Shown here: piece after piece, positions 56,569 through 64,000 of the stretch
Numbering within the stretch: position 1 is the first letter of the stretch
Layout of the letters: the number at the start of each line of letters is the position of its first letter
Assembly (NCBI GenBank): GCA_040880505.1
Contig: JBBDIH010000192.1
Coordinates: 9,594 to 73,593 of the forward strand
From: Minisyncoccota bacterium
GTDB taxonomy: Bacteria; Patescibacteriota; Minisyncoccia; UBA6257; GWB1-50-10
DNA: 64,000 bases
Direction of reading: 5' to 3'
Program-made: the position numbers and the translations under genes
The notes under the pieces: model-generated
The model's input: only the letters and a program-made list of their open reading frames with translations
Database searches by the model: none
What the model was told of the DNA's origin: nothing

Positions 56569-56751
56569 TTAAAAATCAGAATCTTCAGAATCCTCATCGT
56601 CATCATCATCATCATCGTCATCATCATCCCAGTCTTCATCATCGTCATCATCATCGTCATCATCATCCCAATCCTCATCCTCATCTAACTCGTCGTCTTC
56701 AGCTATTATTTCGAGGGTTTTTAACTCCTCTATTTCGTAAGTAAAAGTCAT
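56569..56751 (-). CDS. hyper-acidic 60-aa protein (poly-Asp with two Trp)
   Basis: ATG-initiated ORF with its own promoter (56806-56834) and terminator (56513-56550). 37 of the last 44 residues are D or E, with the repeat EDW-D10/D11. Confidence 0.4.
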   Translation of the reverse strand: MTFTYEIEELKTLEIIAEDDELDEDEDWDDDDDDDDDDEDWDDDDDDDDDDDEDSEDSDF

Positions 56752-56805
56752 TTTAGTTACTTTATTATTTTTTTATTGAAGCGACCTTTTTCAAATATCG
56801 CGGCT

Positions 56806-56834
56806 AGTATAATCTAGCTAAAAAGAAAGGTCAA
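56806..56834 (-). promoter_or_regulatory. sigma70-type promoter (minus strand)
   Basis: On the minus strand, TTGACC (56834-56829), a 17-nt spacer, then TATACT (56811-56806). The -35 abuts the motif palindrome. Confidence 0.55.
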
Positions 56835-56865
56835 CCCCGTTAGAAAATTTATTTTCTAACGGGGT
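56834..56865. repeat. dif-like palindrome ACCCCGTTAGA-N10-TCTAACGGGGT
   Basis: Arms at 56834-56844 and 56855-56865 flank AAATTTATTT. The arms are identical to the 19690-19720 site. Confidence 0.9.
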
Positions 56866-56881
56866 AAACTCCTAAAAATAT

Positions 56882-57343
56882 TTAGTAATCGCCGGCGGCT
56901 ATTGCAATTGCAATAGCGTCAGTTTCGTCGTCTATTAATTTATTTGTATTTATATTTAAAAAATAATTAACCATTTTTGCTACAGCTTCCTTTGATGATC
57001 GCCCATTACCAGCCACAGACAACTTTATTTGAGTCGGAGATAGCTCTATTAAATCAATATTATTTTTATGTAGAGTTGATATTATAACTCCTCTTGCTTC
57101 AGCAACCTTAATGGCTGTTTTTTTATTTTTTGAAAAAAATATTTTTTCAACACCAGCCTTGTCTGGTTTTATTCTTTTTATTATTTTTTCTAGTTCTTCT
57201 TCTATCTTTAATAATCTAGATTTTTGCTCTTTATTTTCTATTTTAAGTAAGCCACTTTCTTTGTATTTATATGTGCCTCCATTTTTTTCTATAACCCCAT
57301 AACCAACCCTAACTGTCCCTGGATCTATTCCTAAAAAAATCAT
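56882..57343 (-). CDS. ruvC: Holliday junction resolvase RuvC
   Basis: MIFLGIDPGTVRVGYGVIE and the C-terminal DETDAIAIAI motifs. Confidence 0.9.
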   Translation of the reverse strand: MIFLGIDPGTVRVGYGVIEKNGGTYKYKESGLLKIENKEQKSRLLKIEEELEKIIKRIKPDKAGVEKIFFSKNKKTAIKVAEARGVIISTLHKNNIDLIELSPTQIKLSVAGNGRSSKEAVAKMVNYFLNINTNKLIDDETDAIAIAIAAGDY

Positions 57344-57345
57344 TA

Positions 57346-58449
57346 TTATTTTAGTGGTAGAGTAAAACTAAAAGTTGTGCCTCTTCCCGGTGTTGAATTA
57401 ACCCATATTTTACCTCCATGTTTTTCGATTATGTTTTTTGAAATATATAAACCTAGACCGCTACCATTAGGTTCAACTTGAGCAGCTTTATCACCTCTTT
57501 TAAATTTTTGAAATATTTTAGTAGTTTCCTCTTGTGGTATACCTATTCCTGTGTCAGTTATTGATATAAGGGCATTACCATTGTTTTCTTCTAGGCTTAT
57601 GGTTACAGACCCATTTTCATTGTTATATCTTATTGCGTTGTCTACTAAAACAGATAGGGCCGTAGATATTCTTTCTGGATCCACAAATACTTCATATTTA
57701 GATTTTGCTTTAAAACTTACGTCTATATTATATTTTTTTGCTATAACTTTTGCCTCTTCTGCTATTTTTTCTATTATATTATTTATTATTATTTTCTCTG
57801 GCTTGTGGCCATATCTACCCTCTTCAATCTGAATTACGTTTAATAAATCATTTATTATTTTTAAACCTCTTTTAGCAACTTCAAGTCCTTGAGACGCTAA
57901 ACTCTTTGTTTCTTCTTCTTTTGTAGAGTTTTTAATACCCTCAAAGGTCCAACTAATAGCGCTTAAAGGGGTTCTTAATTGATGAGCTGATGTGGTTATA
58001 AACTCTGTTTTAGATTCTAATAAACCCTCTTCTCTTGTCTTGTTTTGAATTATTTTTATAAATTTTTTTGTATTTCCATAATCATCAATTACCTTACTAA
58101 GAACAGTTACTAAATTCATTTCAGGGGAGTCTGTTTTTATGTTTATAATTTGTGGCCAGTCGTTTGTTGAAATTTGATCAACATAAGGAGCTAAAGAAGG
58201 GAAAATAGTTTGTCCTAACGCTCTAAATTTTTCATCTTGAACAAGTTCTGGTGTTATTTTTTTTCCAACAACGTCTTTTTCTTTTAAATTAAATATTTTT
58301 TGAGCTGAATTATTTATCTTTTCTATTATAAAATCAGGAGAGTAAATAACGATTCCTTCTTCTAAATAATCCACAAAGAAATCAGATAAATCTTTATTGA
58401 TTTTTTTCGTTTCTTGTATATTCGAGTTTTTTTTAAAAAAGTTAAACAT
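57346..58449 (-). CDS. cytoplasmic PAS-domain sensor histidine kinase (orphan)
   Basis: H-box SAHQLRTPLSAI, N box LVDNAIRY, G boxes DTGIGIP and GSGLGLYISK. No TM helix and no adjacent response regulator. Confidence 0.8.
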   Translation of the reverse strand: MFNFFKKNSNIQETKKINKDLSDFFVDYLEEGIVIYSPDFIIEKINNSAQKIFNLKEKDVVGKKITPELVQDEKFRALGQTIFPSLAPYVDQISTNDWPQIINIKTDSPEMNLVTVLSKVIDDYGNTKKFIKIIQNKTREEGLLESKTEFITTSAHQLRTPLSAISWTFEGIKNSTKEEETKSLASQGLEVAKRGLKIINDLLNVIQIEEGRYGHKPEKIIINNIIEKIAEEAKVIAKKYNIDVSFKAKSKYEVFVDPERISTALSVLVDNAIRYNNENGSVTISLEENNGNALISITDTGIGIPQEETTKIFQKFKRGDKAAQVEPNGSGLGLYISKNIIEKHGGKIWVNSTPGRGTTFSFTLPLK

Positions 58450-60832
58450 TTATTATTTTTTTCATATTGCCCCAATTTTTTCCAATTTCAATATCAACTA
58501 AAAGAGGAACACTTAAAGAACTGACTTTTTCCATTATATTTTTTATCTGTTTTATCTGTTTTTTAACAATATCATCGCTTATTTCTATGAGCAATTCATC
58601 ATGAATTGATAGTAGTATTTTTACTTTATTTTCAATGCCCTCATTTTTAATATGATTATACGTTTCTATCATTGATAGTTTAATTATATCTGCTCCTAAG
58701 CTTTGTATGGGCATGTTTATTGCGGCCCTATCCATAAAGCCTCCACCTTTTATTTTTCTAATCCTATTATTTATATTTTTTACATAACCGTTTATTTTTG
58801 CTTCTTCTAGGGTTTTCTCTTGCCATTTTTTTACAGAAGGAAAATCTTTAAAGTATTTTTCTATAAACTCTTTAGATTTTTTAGTTGATAACCCACTTTG
58901 TTTACTAAAAGCCTTATAACCCATTCCATAGACAACTCCAAAGTTTAGGGTTTTTGCTAGCTCTCTTTGTTCTGGTTTAATATTCTTTATATTTATATTA
59001 AATATTTTAGAGGCTGTTGTTTTATGTATATCTAAACCTTCTTGGAAAGCTTTTTTCATGTTTTTATCATTTGATACATGTGCCAACAATCTAAGCTCAA
59101 GTTGGGAGTAATCAAAAGAAACTAATTTATATTCCTTGTTGCTTTCAAAGCTGCTCCTAATTTTTTTAGCTAACTCCGTTCCTTTAGGAATATTTTGTAA
59201 ATTTGGTTTTTCTGAAGATAGTCTTCCCGTGGCTGTTTTTGTTTGTAAAAAGTTAGTGTGGATCTTGCTGTTTTTTATGGATTCTATTAATGGTTTTATA
59301 TAAGTAGACTGTATCTTAAATAGGTTTCTATATTTTAATATCATATCTACAATAGGGTGTTCATTTTTTATTTCTATTAACGCATCTTCAGAGGTTCTAT
59401 ATTGGCCTGATGAAGTTTTAGGTCTTTCATTTTTAATTTTTAATTTTTCAAAAAGTATTTCACCAACTTGTTTTGGCGAATTTATATTAAACTCGATTTC
59501 AGCTTTTTTGTGGATTTGTTTTGTTAGAGATTTTATCTCTTTTTTTATTTTCTTACGAATACTTTCCAGTATTTTTTTATTTATCGTAATACCACAAGCT
59601 TCCATGCTGGCTAAAACTTTTACTAAAGGCATGTCTATTTCCTTAAATACCCTCATTAATTTTTCGTTATTTAGTTTTTTAGATAATGTGTGAAAAGTAG
59701 ATTGTAAGTCGTCGCTTTCTTTTTCAGTAAGTTGATAATTTTTTTTATCTGGATCTATTAACCATTTAGCTATTTTTACATCAAAAAGCGGTTCTTTAAT
59801 TTCAATATTTTCCTCTGTTTTTTTTATTATTTCTTTCCAATCAAAAGCAACTTTTATTTTGTTTGATTCTAATTTTTTTTTAACTTCTTTTGTTATTTTT
59901 TCAAAATCCTCTTTTTTAAAAATTAAGCAATCCTGTTTAATAAAATCCTCTTTATTTTTTTCTTTCCCAGTTAGTTTAGATGGCAAGGTTTTGAATCCCA
60001 AATCTTTCAAGTAGTTTATTAACTCACTAGTGTGTTCCATATTGTATTTAAGATTTTCTAGTTTAATTTCTATCGGCACGTTTCTATCTATGGTTGCTAG
60101 TTTTTTTGAAAGCAGAGCAACCTCTTTACTTCCTAAAATTTTCTTTTCTAGTTTATCTAACTCCTTTTTTCCATCTATTATTTCATAGATAGTTTCTATT
60201 GTTTTTTCTCCTTGCATTAATTTATCAGCTGTTTTTGGGCCCACTCCAGCTATTCCTGGAATATTGTCTGATGAGTCCCCAACTAAACCCTTATAGTCTG
60301 GGATTAGTTCTGGAGGAACCTTGAATCTGTTAATAACAGCTTTTTCATTATATTCAAACATATTTGAGACACCCCTTTTTGGGGTGAGAACAGTAATTCT
60401 ACTATTATCTATCAATTGAAGAGTATCTAAATCACCAGTTAGAATATTTATTTTAAGATTTTTAAGATTTTTCAGTTTTTCTACCAAGGTTCCAATAACA
60501 TCATCTGCCTCGAAGCCTGGTTTTTTTAGAACTTTTATACCAAATTTTTTAAATAATTTTTCAGCCTCAATGATTTGTTCTATTAACTCGTCCGGAGCTT
60601 TAGGTCTATGAGCTTTATATTCATCAAACATTTTTTTTCTAAAGGTTTTTTCGGGAGTATCAAAGGCTGCAACAGCATAATCAGGAATATGATTTTCCAT
60701 TATTTTTACTAATGTATTGCTTAATCCATAAAGGGCCCCTGTTGGTTTACCTTCTGGAGAAGAAAAGGGGGGTAAAGCATGAAAAGATCTATGAATGAAG
60801 GCGTTAGCGTCTATTATTAAAAGTTTTTCCAT
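58442..60832 (-). CDS. polA: DNA polymerase I
   Basis: 5'-nuclease domain (LLIIDANAFIHRSFHA, GIAGVGPKTA) and polymerase motifs (DYSQLELRLLAH, RELAKTLNFGVVYGM, SIHDELL). Confidence 0.9.
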   Translation of the reverse strand: MEKLLIIDANAFIHRSFHALPPFSSPEGKPTGALYGLSNTLVKIMENHIPDYAVAAFDTPEKTFRKKMFDEYKAHRPKAPDELIEQIIEAEKLFKKFGIKVLKKPGFEADDVIGTLVEKLKNLKNLKINILTGDLDTLQLIDNSRITVLTPKRGVSNMFEYNEKAVINRFKVPPELIPDYKGLVGDSSDNIPGIAGVGPKTADKLMQGEKTIETIYEIIDGKKELDKLEKKILGSKEVALLSKKLATIDRNVPIEIKLENLKYNMEHTSELINYLKDLGFKTLPSKLTGKEKNKEDFIKQDCLIFKKEDFEKITKEVKKKLESNKIKVAFDWKEIIKKTEENIEIKEPLFDVKIAKWLIDPDKKNYQLTEKESDDLQSTFHTLSKKLNNEKLMRVFKEIDMPLVKVLASMEACGITINKKILESIRKKIKKEIKSLTKQIHKKAEIEFNINSPKQVGEILFEKLKIKNERPKTSSGQYRTSEDALIEIKNEHPIVDMILKYRNLFKIQSTYIKPLIESIKNSKIHTNFLQTKTATGRLSSEKPNLQNIPKGTELAKKIRSSFESNKEYKLVSFDYSQLELRLLAHVSNDKNMKKAFQEGLDIHKTTASKIFNINIKNIKPEQRELAKTLNFGVVYGMGYKAFSKQSGLSTKKSKEFIEKYFKDFPSVKKWQEKTLEEAKINGYVKNINNRIRKIKGGGFMDRAAINMPIQSLGADIIKLSMIETYNHIKNEGIENKVKILLSIHDELLIEISDDIVKKQIKQIKNIMEKVSSLSVPLLVDIEIGKNWGNMKKIINV

Positions 60833-60874
60833 TAAGTTAATTATATCAAAAAAAGAACTATCTTTTTTATTGAG

Positions 60875-61321
60875 TTAGATGGAGTATTTTATTATTCGTT
60901 TGTTTGGGTTTTTTCCGTGCTCAAAATTAATTTTTATACAATTTTTAGGAAGGATTTTTTTAACTTTTTCTGGCCACTCTATAATTACTAAATTATCAGA
61001 GTTATTAATAATTTTATTTATATTTAGGTTTTCTAGGTCTTTTCCTGATTCTAAGCGATAAGCATCTACATGGTATAAATTCTTAAAACCAAACTCTTTT
61101 TTAGGAATGTTATACTTTTTTATTAGTAAAAAAGTAGGACTAGTTATGTTTTCTTTTATCCCTAGATTATTTCCTAAATATTTTGTAAAAGTGGTTTTCC
61201 CAGATCCTAAAACACCATAAAGGCAAATTGTAGTAGCTTTATTTTCCTCTTTTCTTAACTTTTCTAAAATTAATTTACTAAAACCTGTTAATTCATTTTC
61301 TTTTAATTTTATATTACTCAT
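60875..61321 (-). CDS. tsaE: tRNA t6A biosynthesis ATPase TsaE
   Basis: LYGVLGSGKTTFTK Walker A and HVDAYRL motifs of YjeE/TsaE. Confidence 0.85.
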   Translation of the reverse strand: MSNIKLKENELTGFSKLILEKLRKEENKATTICLYGVLGSGKTTFTKYLGNNLGIKENITSPTFLLIKKYNIPKKEFGFKNLYHVDAYRLESGKDLENLNINKIINNSDNLVIIEWPEKVKKILPKNCIKINFEHGKNPNKRIIKYSI

Positions 61322-62296
61322 CTACGCATCTATATTTAGGTGTTCGTATGCTTCCCTAGTCACAACTCTTCCGTTAGAGGTCCTTTTAATTAGCCCTAGT
61401 CTTAAAAGGAAGGGCTCATAAACATCTTCTATTGTTCCTTCTTCTTCGTTTAAAGAGGCAGAAATAGATTTTATTCCAACTGGTCCGCCATCAAATTTTT
61501 CAATTATTACTTTTAATAGTCTTCTGTCTGTTTCTTCTAACCCTAGATTATCTATTTCTAGCATTTGTAAGGTTTTTTCTACCGCGTTGTCATCTATTTT
61601 TCCTGATCCATTTACTTGTGCCCAATCTCTACATCTCTTTAAGAGTCTATTAGCTACTCTAGGAGTAAATCTTGAAGCTTTTGATAATTTTGAAACAGCT
61701 TTCTCTGTTATTTCTATTCCTATTAATTTTGCAGATCGTTTTATAATTTTTTGTATATCTTCTTCAGTGTAGTAATCAAGCTTAAATATTCCACCAAATC
61801 TGGATCTAAGAGGAGCGGAGAGCATATTAGCTTTAGTTGTAGCCGCAACCACCGTAAAAGGGGGTAGGTCTATAGAAAGAGTTTTTGCAGAGGGGCCCTT
61901 GCCGACTATTATGTGTAGTTTTCTGCTTTCTAGAGCGGGGTAGAGAACTTCTTCAACTGTTTTACCTAATCTGTGAATTTCATCTATAAAAAGTATTTCA
62001 CCTGGGTTTATATTTGTAAGTATTGCCGCAATGTCGCCTGTTTTTTCTAGTGTAGGACCAGACGTTGTTTTTACGTTGGTGTTCATTTCGTTGCCTATTA
62101 TATAAGCAAGAGTAGTTTTACCTAGTCCTGCTTGTCCATAAAAAAGCAAATGATCACAAGACTCCTCTCGTCCTCTTGCTGCTTCTATTATTAACTTTAG
62201 ATTTTCTTTTATTTTTTCTTGACCCACATAATCTTGCCATTTTTTTGGTCTAAGTTTTAAGTCTAAAGTTTCATCAAGTTTTGCTTTATCCATCAC
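61322..62296 (-). CDS. ruvB: Holliday junction branch-migration helicase RuvB
   Basis: LRPKKWQDYVGQEKIKENL, GQAGLGKTTLA, FIDEIHRL and TTKANMLSAPLRSRFG. Confidence 0.95.
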   Translation of the reverse strand: MMDKAKLDETLDLKLRPKKWQDYVGQEKIKENLKLIIEAARGREESCDHLLFYGQAGLGKTTLAYIIGNEMNTNVKTTSGPTLEKTGDIAAILTNINPGEILFIDEIHRLGKTVEEVLYPALESRKLHIIVGKGPSAKTLSIDLPPFTVVAATTKANMLSAPLRSRFGGIFKLDYYTEEDIQKIIKRSAKLIGIEITEKAVSKLSKASRFTPRVANRLLKRCRDWAQVNGSGKIDDNAVEKTLQMLEIDNLGLEETDRRLLKVIIEKFDGGPVGIKSISASLNEEEGTIEDVYEPFLLRLGLIKRTSNGRVVTREAYEHLNIDA

Positions 62297-62449
62297 GATG
62301 GTGTTTTATTTATATTAATTAATATTTCTTGACCTAATCACGATAACACTATTGTGATCCATATTATTATATTAGTATTTATAAACTTATTTTCCTAATC
62401 ATTTACATTTTAGGAGAGGCCATTTTCCTAAAACACCTTAAATTAAAGG

Positions 62450-62478
62450 TTGACAATAAAATATATTTATGCTATATT
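62450..62478 (+). promoter_or_regulatory. sigma70-type promoter driving the candidate ncRNA
   Basis: TTGACA (62450-62455), a 17-nt spacer, then TATATT (62473-62478). Confidence 0.55.
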
Positions 62479-62486
62479 TTTAACAT

Positions 62487-62645
62487 AAAATCCCTCAGTG
62501 ACCTGTGGGTGAATGGAACATCTCTCAGACTTAGGATCTTTCTGGCTCCGGCTGGGATTATCCTCGGAGGAGTTCCTGATTAACTAGTTTTCTAGTTTAA
62601 TTCTTTGCTTATTTGCCCACAGGTCTTTGAGGGATTTTTGTTTTT
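62487..62645 (+). ncRNA. candidate structured small RNA (~160 nt), family unknown
   Basis: A 23-bp closing helix (62487-62509 pairs with 62616-62638, one mismatch and one G-U) followed by UUUUUGUUUUU. Internal helices GGAAC/GUUCC and AGGAU/AUCCU, a C-UCCG-G tetraloop hairpin and an AACUAG-uuuu-CUAGUU hairpin. No ORF. Confidence 0.45.
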
Positions 62646-64000
62646 ATAAATTTAATTCTCCTGCTACTCTTTCAACTTCTTCGATACTTGTTATCCCTTT
62701 TATTATTTTTAATAAGCCGTCTTCTTGTATTGTCGTCATACCATTTTCTTCCGCTGCTTTTTTTAGGTCTGTCTCTGTTGGGTTTTGATATATAAGGTTT
62801 TCTATTTTTTCTGTTATTTCGAAAAGCTCAAATATCGATGTTCTGCCTTTATAACCAAGATTATTACAATCTTTGCAGCCAACAGGATCAAATAAAGTAA
62901 ATTTTTTATAATCATCCTTATTAACTCTTTCTGGTAGTTCAGAAAGAATTTTTTTTAACTTAGCTTCTAACTCTTTAGACACTTCTTTTTCTTTTTTACA
63001 ATTTTCACAGAGTCTTCTTACTAATCTTTGAGCAATTATCAAAGAAAGAGATGGTCCTATTATGTTGGGCTTAGATCCTAAGTCTATTAACCTAGGTATG
63101 GCTCCAACAGAATCATTTGTGTGTAGAGTAGAGAAAACCATATGACCAGTTAGAGAAGCGTTTAATGCTATTTTACTTGTTTCTTCATCTCTTATTTCTC
63201 CCACAAGTATGGCGTCTGGATCTTGTCGAAGAATAGATCTAAGTCCAGAAGCAAAAGTATAGCCTGAGCTTTTATCAACTTGAGTTTGAGATATTCCTTC
63301 TAAATGATATTCAATAGGGTCTTCAACTGTAATTATTTTTATTTCAGGCTTAGCTAATCTTTTTAAAAAAGCATAAAGAGTTGTGGTTTTACCGGAGCCA
63401 GTTGGACCAGTATTTAAAATTAAACCATTTGGCTTGGCGATTTGTTTATTAACTATGTTTAAGTCGTCTTTTCTCCAACCTAAATCTTCTAAGGATATTT
63501 TTAAAGCGTCTGGATCAAGAATTCTTAAAACCCCAGTTTCTCCGTATTCTGAAGGAATAATAGAGGTTCTTATTTCTATGTCTTTTTCTGATATTGAGAT
63601 AGTAAATCTGCCGTCTTGTGCTTCATCTTTTACGTTTAGTTTTAACCCTGAAAGCAGTTTAATCCTGGTTACTGCAGAGTGATAAATTTTTAGATCTAAT
63701 TCTTTAGTAATTATATGTAAAATACCATCTATTCTTAATCTAATATCACTAGATTCTTTATTTGGTTCTATATGAATATCTGAAGCACCTAAAGCCATTG
63801 CTCCTGCTAAAATTATTTCTAATATTTGTGATGTTTGAGGGCTTTCAAAGCTGTCTATTAACTTAGATAGATTATCTATTGTGTTTATTTTGTCGCTTAA
63901 TTTTTCAATTCTTTCTGGATTTATGTTTACCTTGCCTGTTATTTGTTCTCCTTCATCATGAACAAATTTGTAATGTTCCCAGGCATGTTTTAGCCCAGAC
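62644..64000 (-). CDS. PilB/GspE-family type IV pilus/type II secretion ATPase (5' end beyond window)
   Basis: Walker A GPTGSGKTTTLY, ILVGEIRDEET, FSTLHTN and a tetracysteine cluster (CENC...CKDC). My translation stays open upstream of the ORF-track Met at 63798 to the window edge (..ILEIILAGAMALGASDIHIEP). Confidence 0.85.
   Translation of the reverse strand, partial: SGLKHAWEHYKFVHDEGEQITGKVNINPERIEKLSDKINTIDNLSKLIDSFESPQTSQILEIILAGAMALGASDIHIEPNKESSDIRLRIDGILHIITKELDLKIYHSAVTRIKLLSGLKLNVKDEAQDGRFTISISEKDIEIRTSIIPSEYGETGVLRILDPDALKISLEDLGWRKDDLNIVNKQIAKPNGLILNTGPTGSGKTTTLYAFLKRLAKPEIKIITVEDPIEYHLEGISQTQVDKSSGYTFASGLRSILRQDPDAILVGEIRDEETSKIALNASLTGHMVFSTLHTNDSVGAIPRLIDLGSKPNIIGPSLSLIIAQRLVRRLCENCKKEKEVSKELEAKLKKILSELPERVNKDDYKKFTLFDPVGCKDCNNLGYKGRTSIFELFEITEKIENLIYQNPTETDLKKAAEENGMTTIQEDGLLKIIKGITSIEEVERVAGELNL

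Noticed and set aside
56559-56744. His-rich 61-aa ORF on the + strand (..HRHHHHHRHHHPSLHHRHHHRHHH..)
   Set aside because: It is the antisense frame of the GAT/GAC repeat. It starts with GTG inside the upstream terminator region and has no promoter. The minus-strand acidic ORF has an ATG, a promoter and a terminator.
1-64000. Alternative genetic code (UGA recoding as in some CPR lineages)
   Set aside because: All conserved genes are full-length under the standard code, with no in-frame TGA interruptions needed to restore them.

Overview
This is a strongly AT-rich, gene-dense chromosomal window. I call about 60 protein genes, one tRNA and one candidate ncRNA, and see no rRNA, CRISPR array, transposase or prophage. 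The standard genetic code fits: ORFs are long and intact and most stops are TAA. The gene repertoire suggests a small-genome, CPR/Patescibacteria-like bacterium, but that placement is inference. It rests on lysine-rich tails on housekeeping proteins, trimmed-down enzymes and a PrgI/VirB4/T4SS-pilin cluster.

Landmarks:
- trpS (cut by the window edge), rnj, secG, recA, ftsK, nusA-ppa, valS, tsaD.
- A Xer-family recombinase gene, then rpsO-NYN-pnp, glyQS, leuS and tRNA-Arg(CCT).
- The classic origin-type locus: rpmH-rnpA-yidC-jag divergent from dnaA-dnaN.
- A class A PBP, ruvC, polA, tsaE and ruvB, then a PilB/GspE ATPase cut by the right edge.

Most interesting observations:
1. An 11-gene, 11.4-kb operon (38.2-49.6 kb) encodes a minimal type IV secretion-like apparatus. 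It has a VirB2-like pilin with a Cys-rich extension, PrgI/VirB3, a two-ORF VirB4 and a VirB6/TrbL-like protein. Six ORFs have no recognisable family. I see no coupling protein, relaxase or mobile-element boundaries.
2. Five spaced copies of the 16-bp inverted repeat TGTTTGT-(CA/TG)-ACAAACA (10.12-10.37 kb) sit between two convergent terminators. This looks like a centromere or operator array.
3. A dispersed motif, ACCCCGTTAGA / TCTAACGGGGT, forms dif-like palindromes. Copies bracket the Xer gene and overlap its GTG start. At three other loci the motif directly abuts -35 boxes.
4. A promoter-driven, roughly 160-nt structured RNA candidate lies at 62.49-62.65 kb.
5. A 60-aa poly-Asp/Glu mini-protein gene has its own promoter and terminator.
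6. Genes on both sides are transcribed towards the dnaA locus, which is the pattern expected at a terminus rather than an origin.
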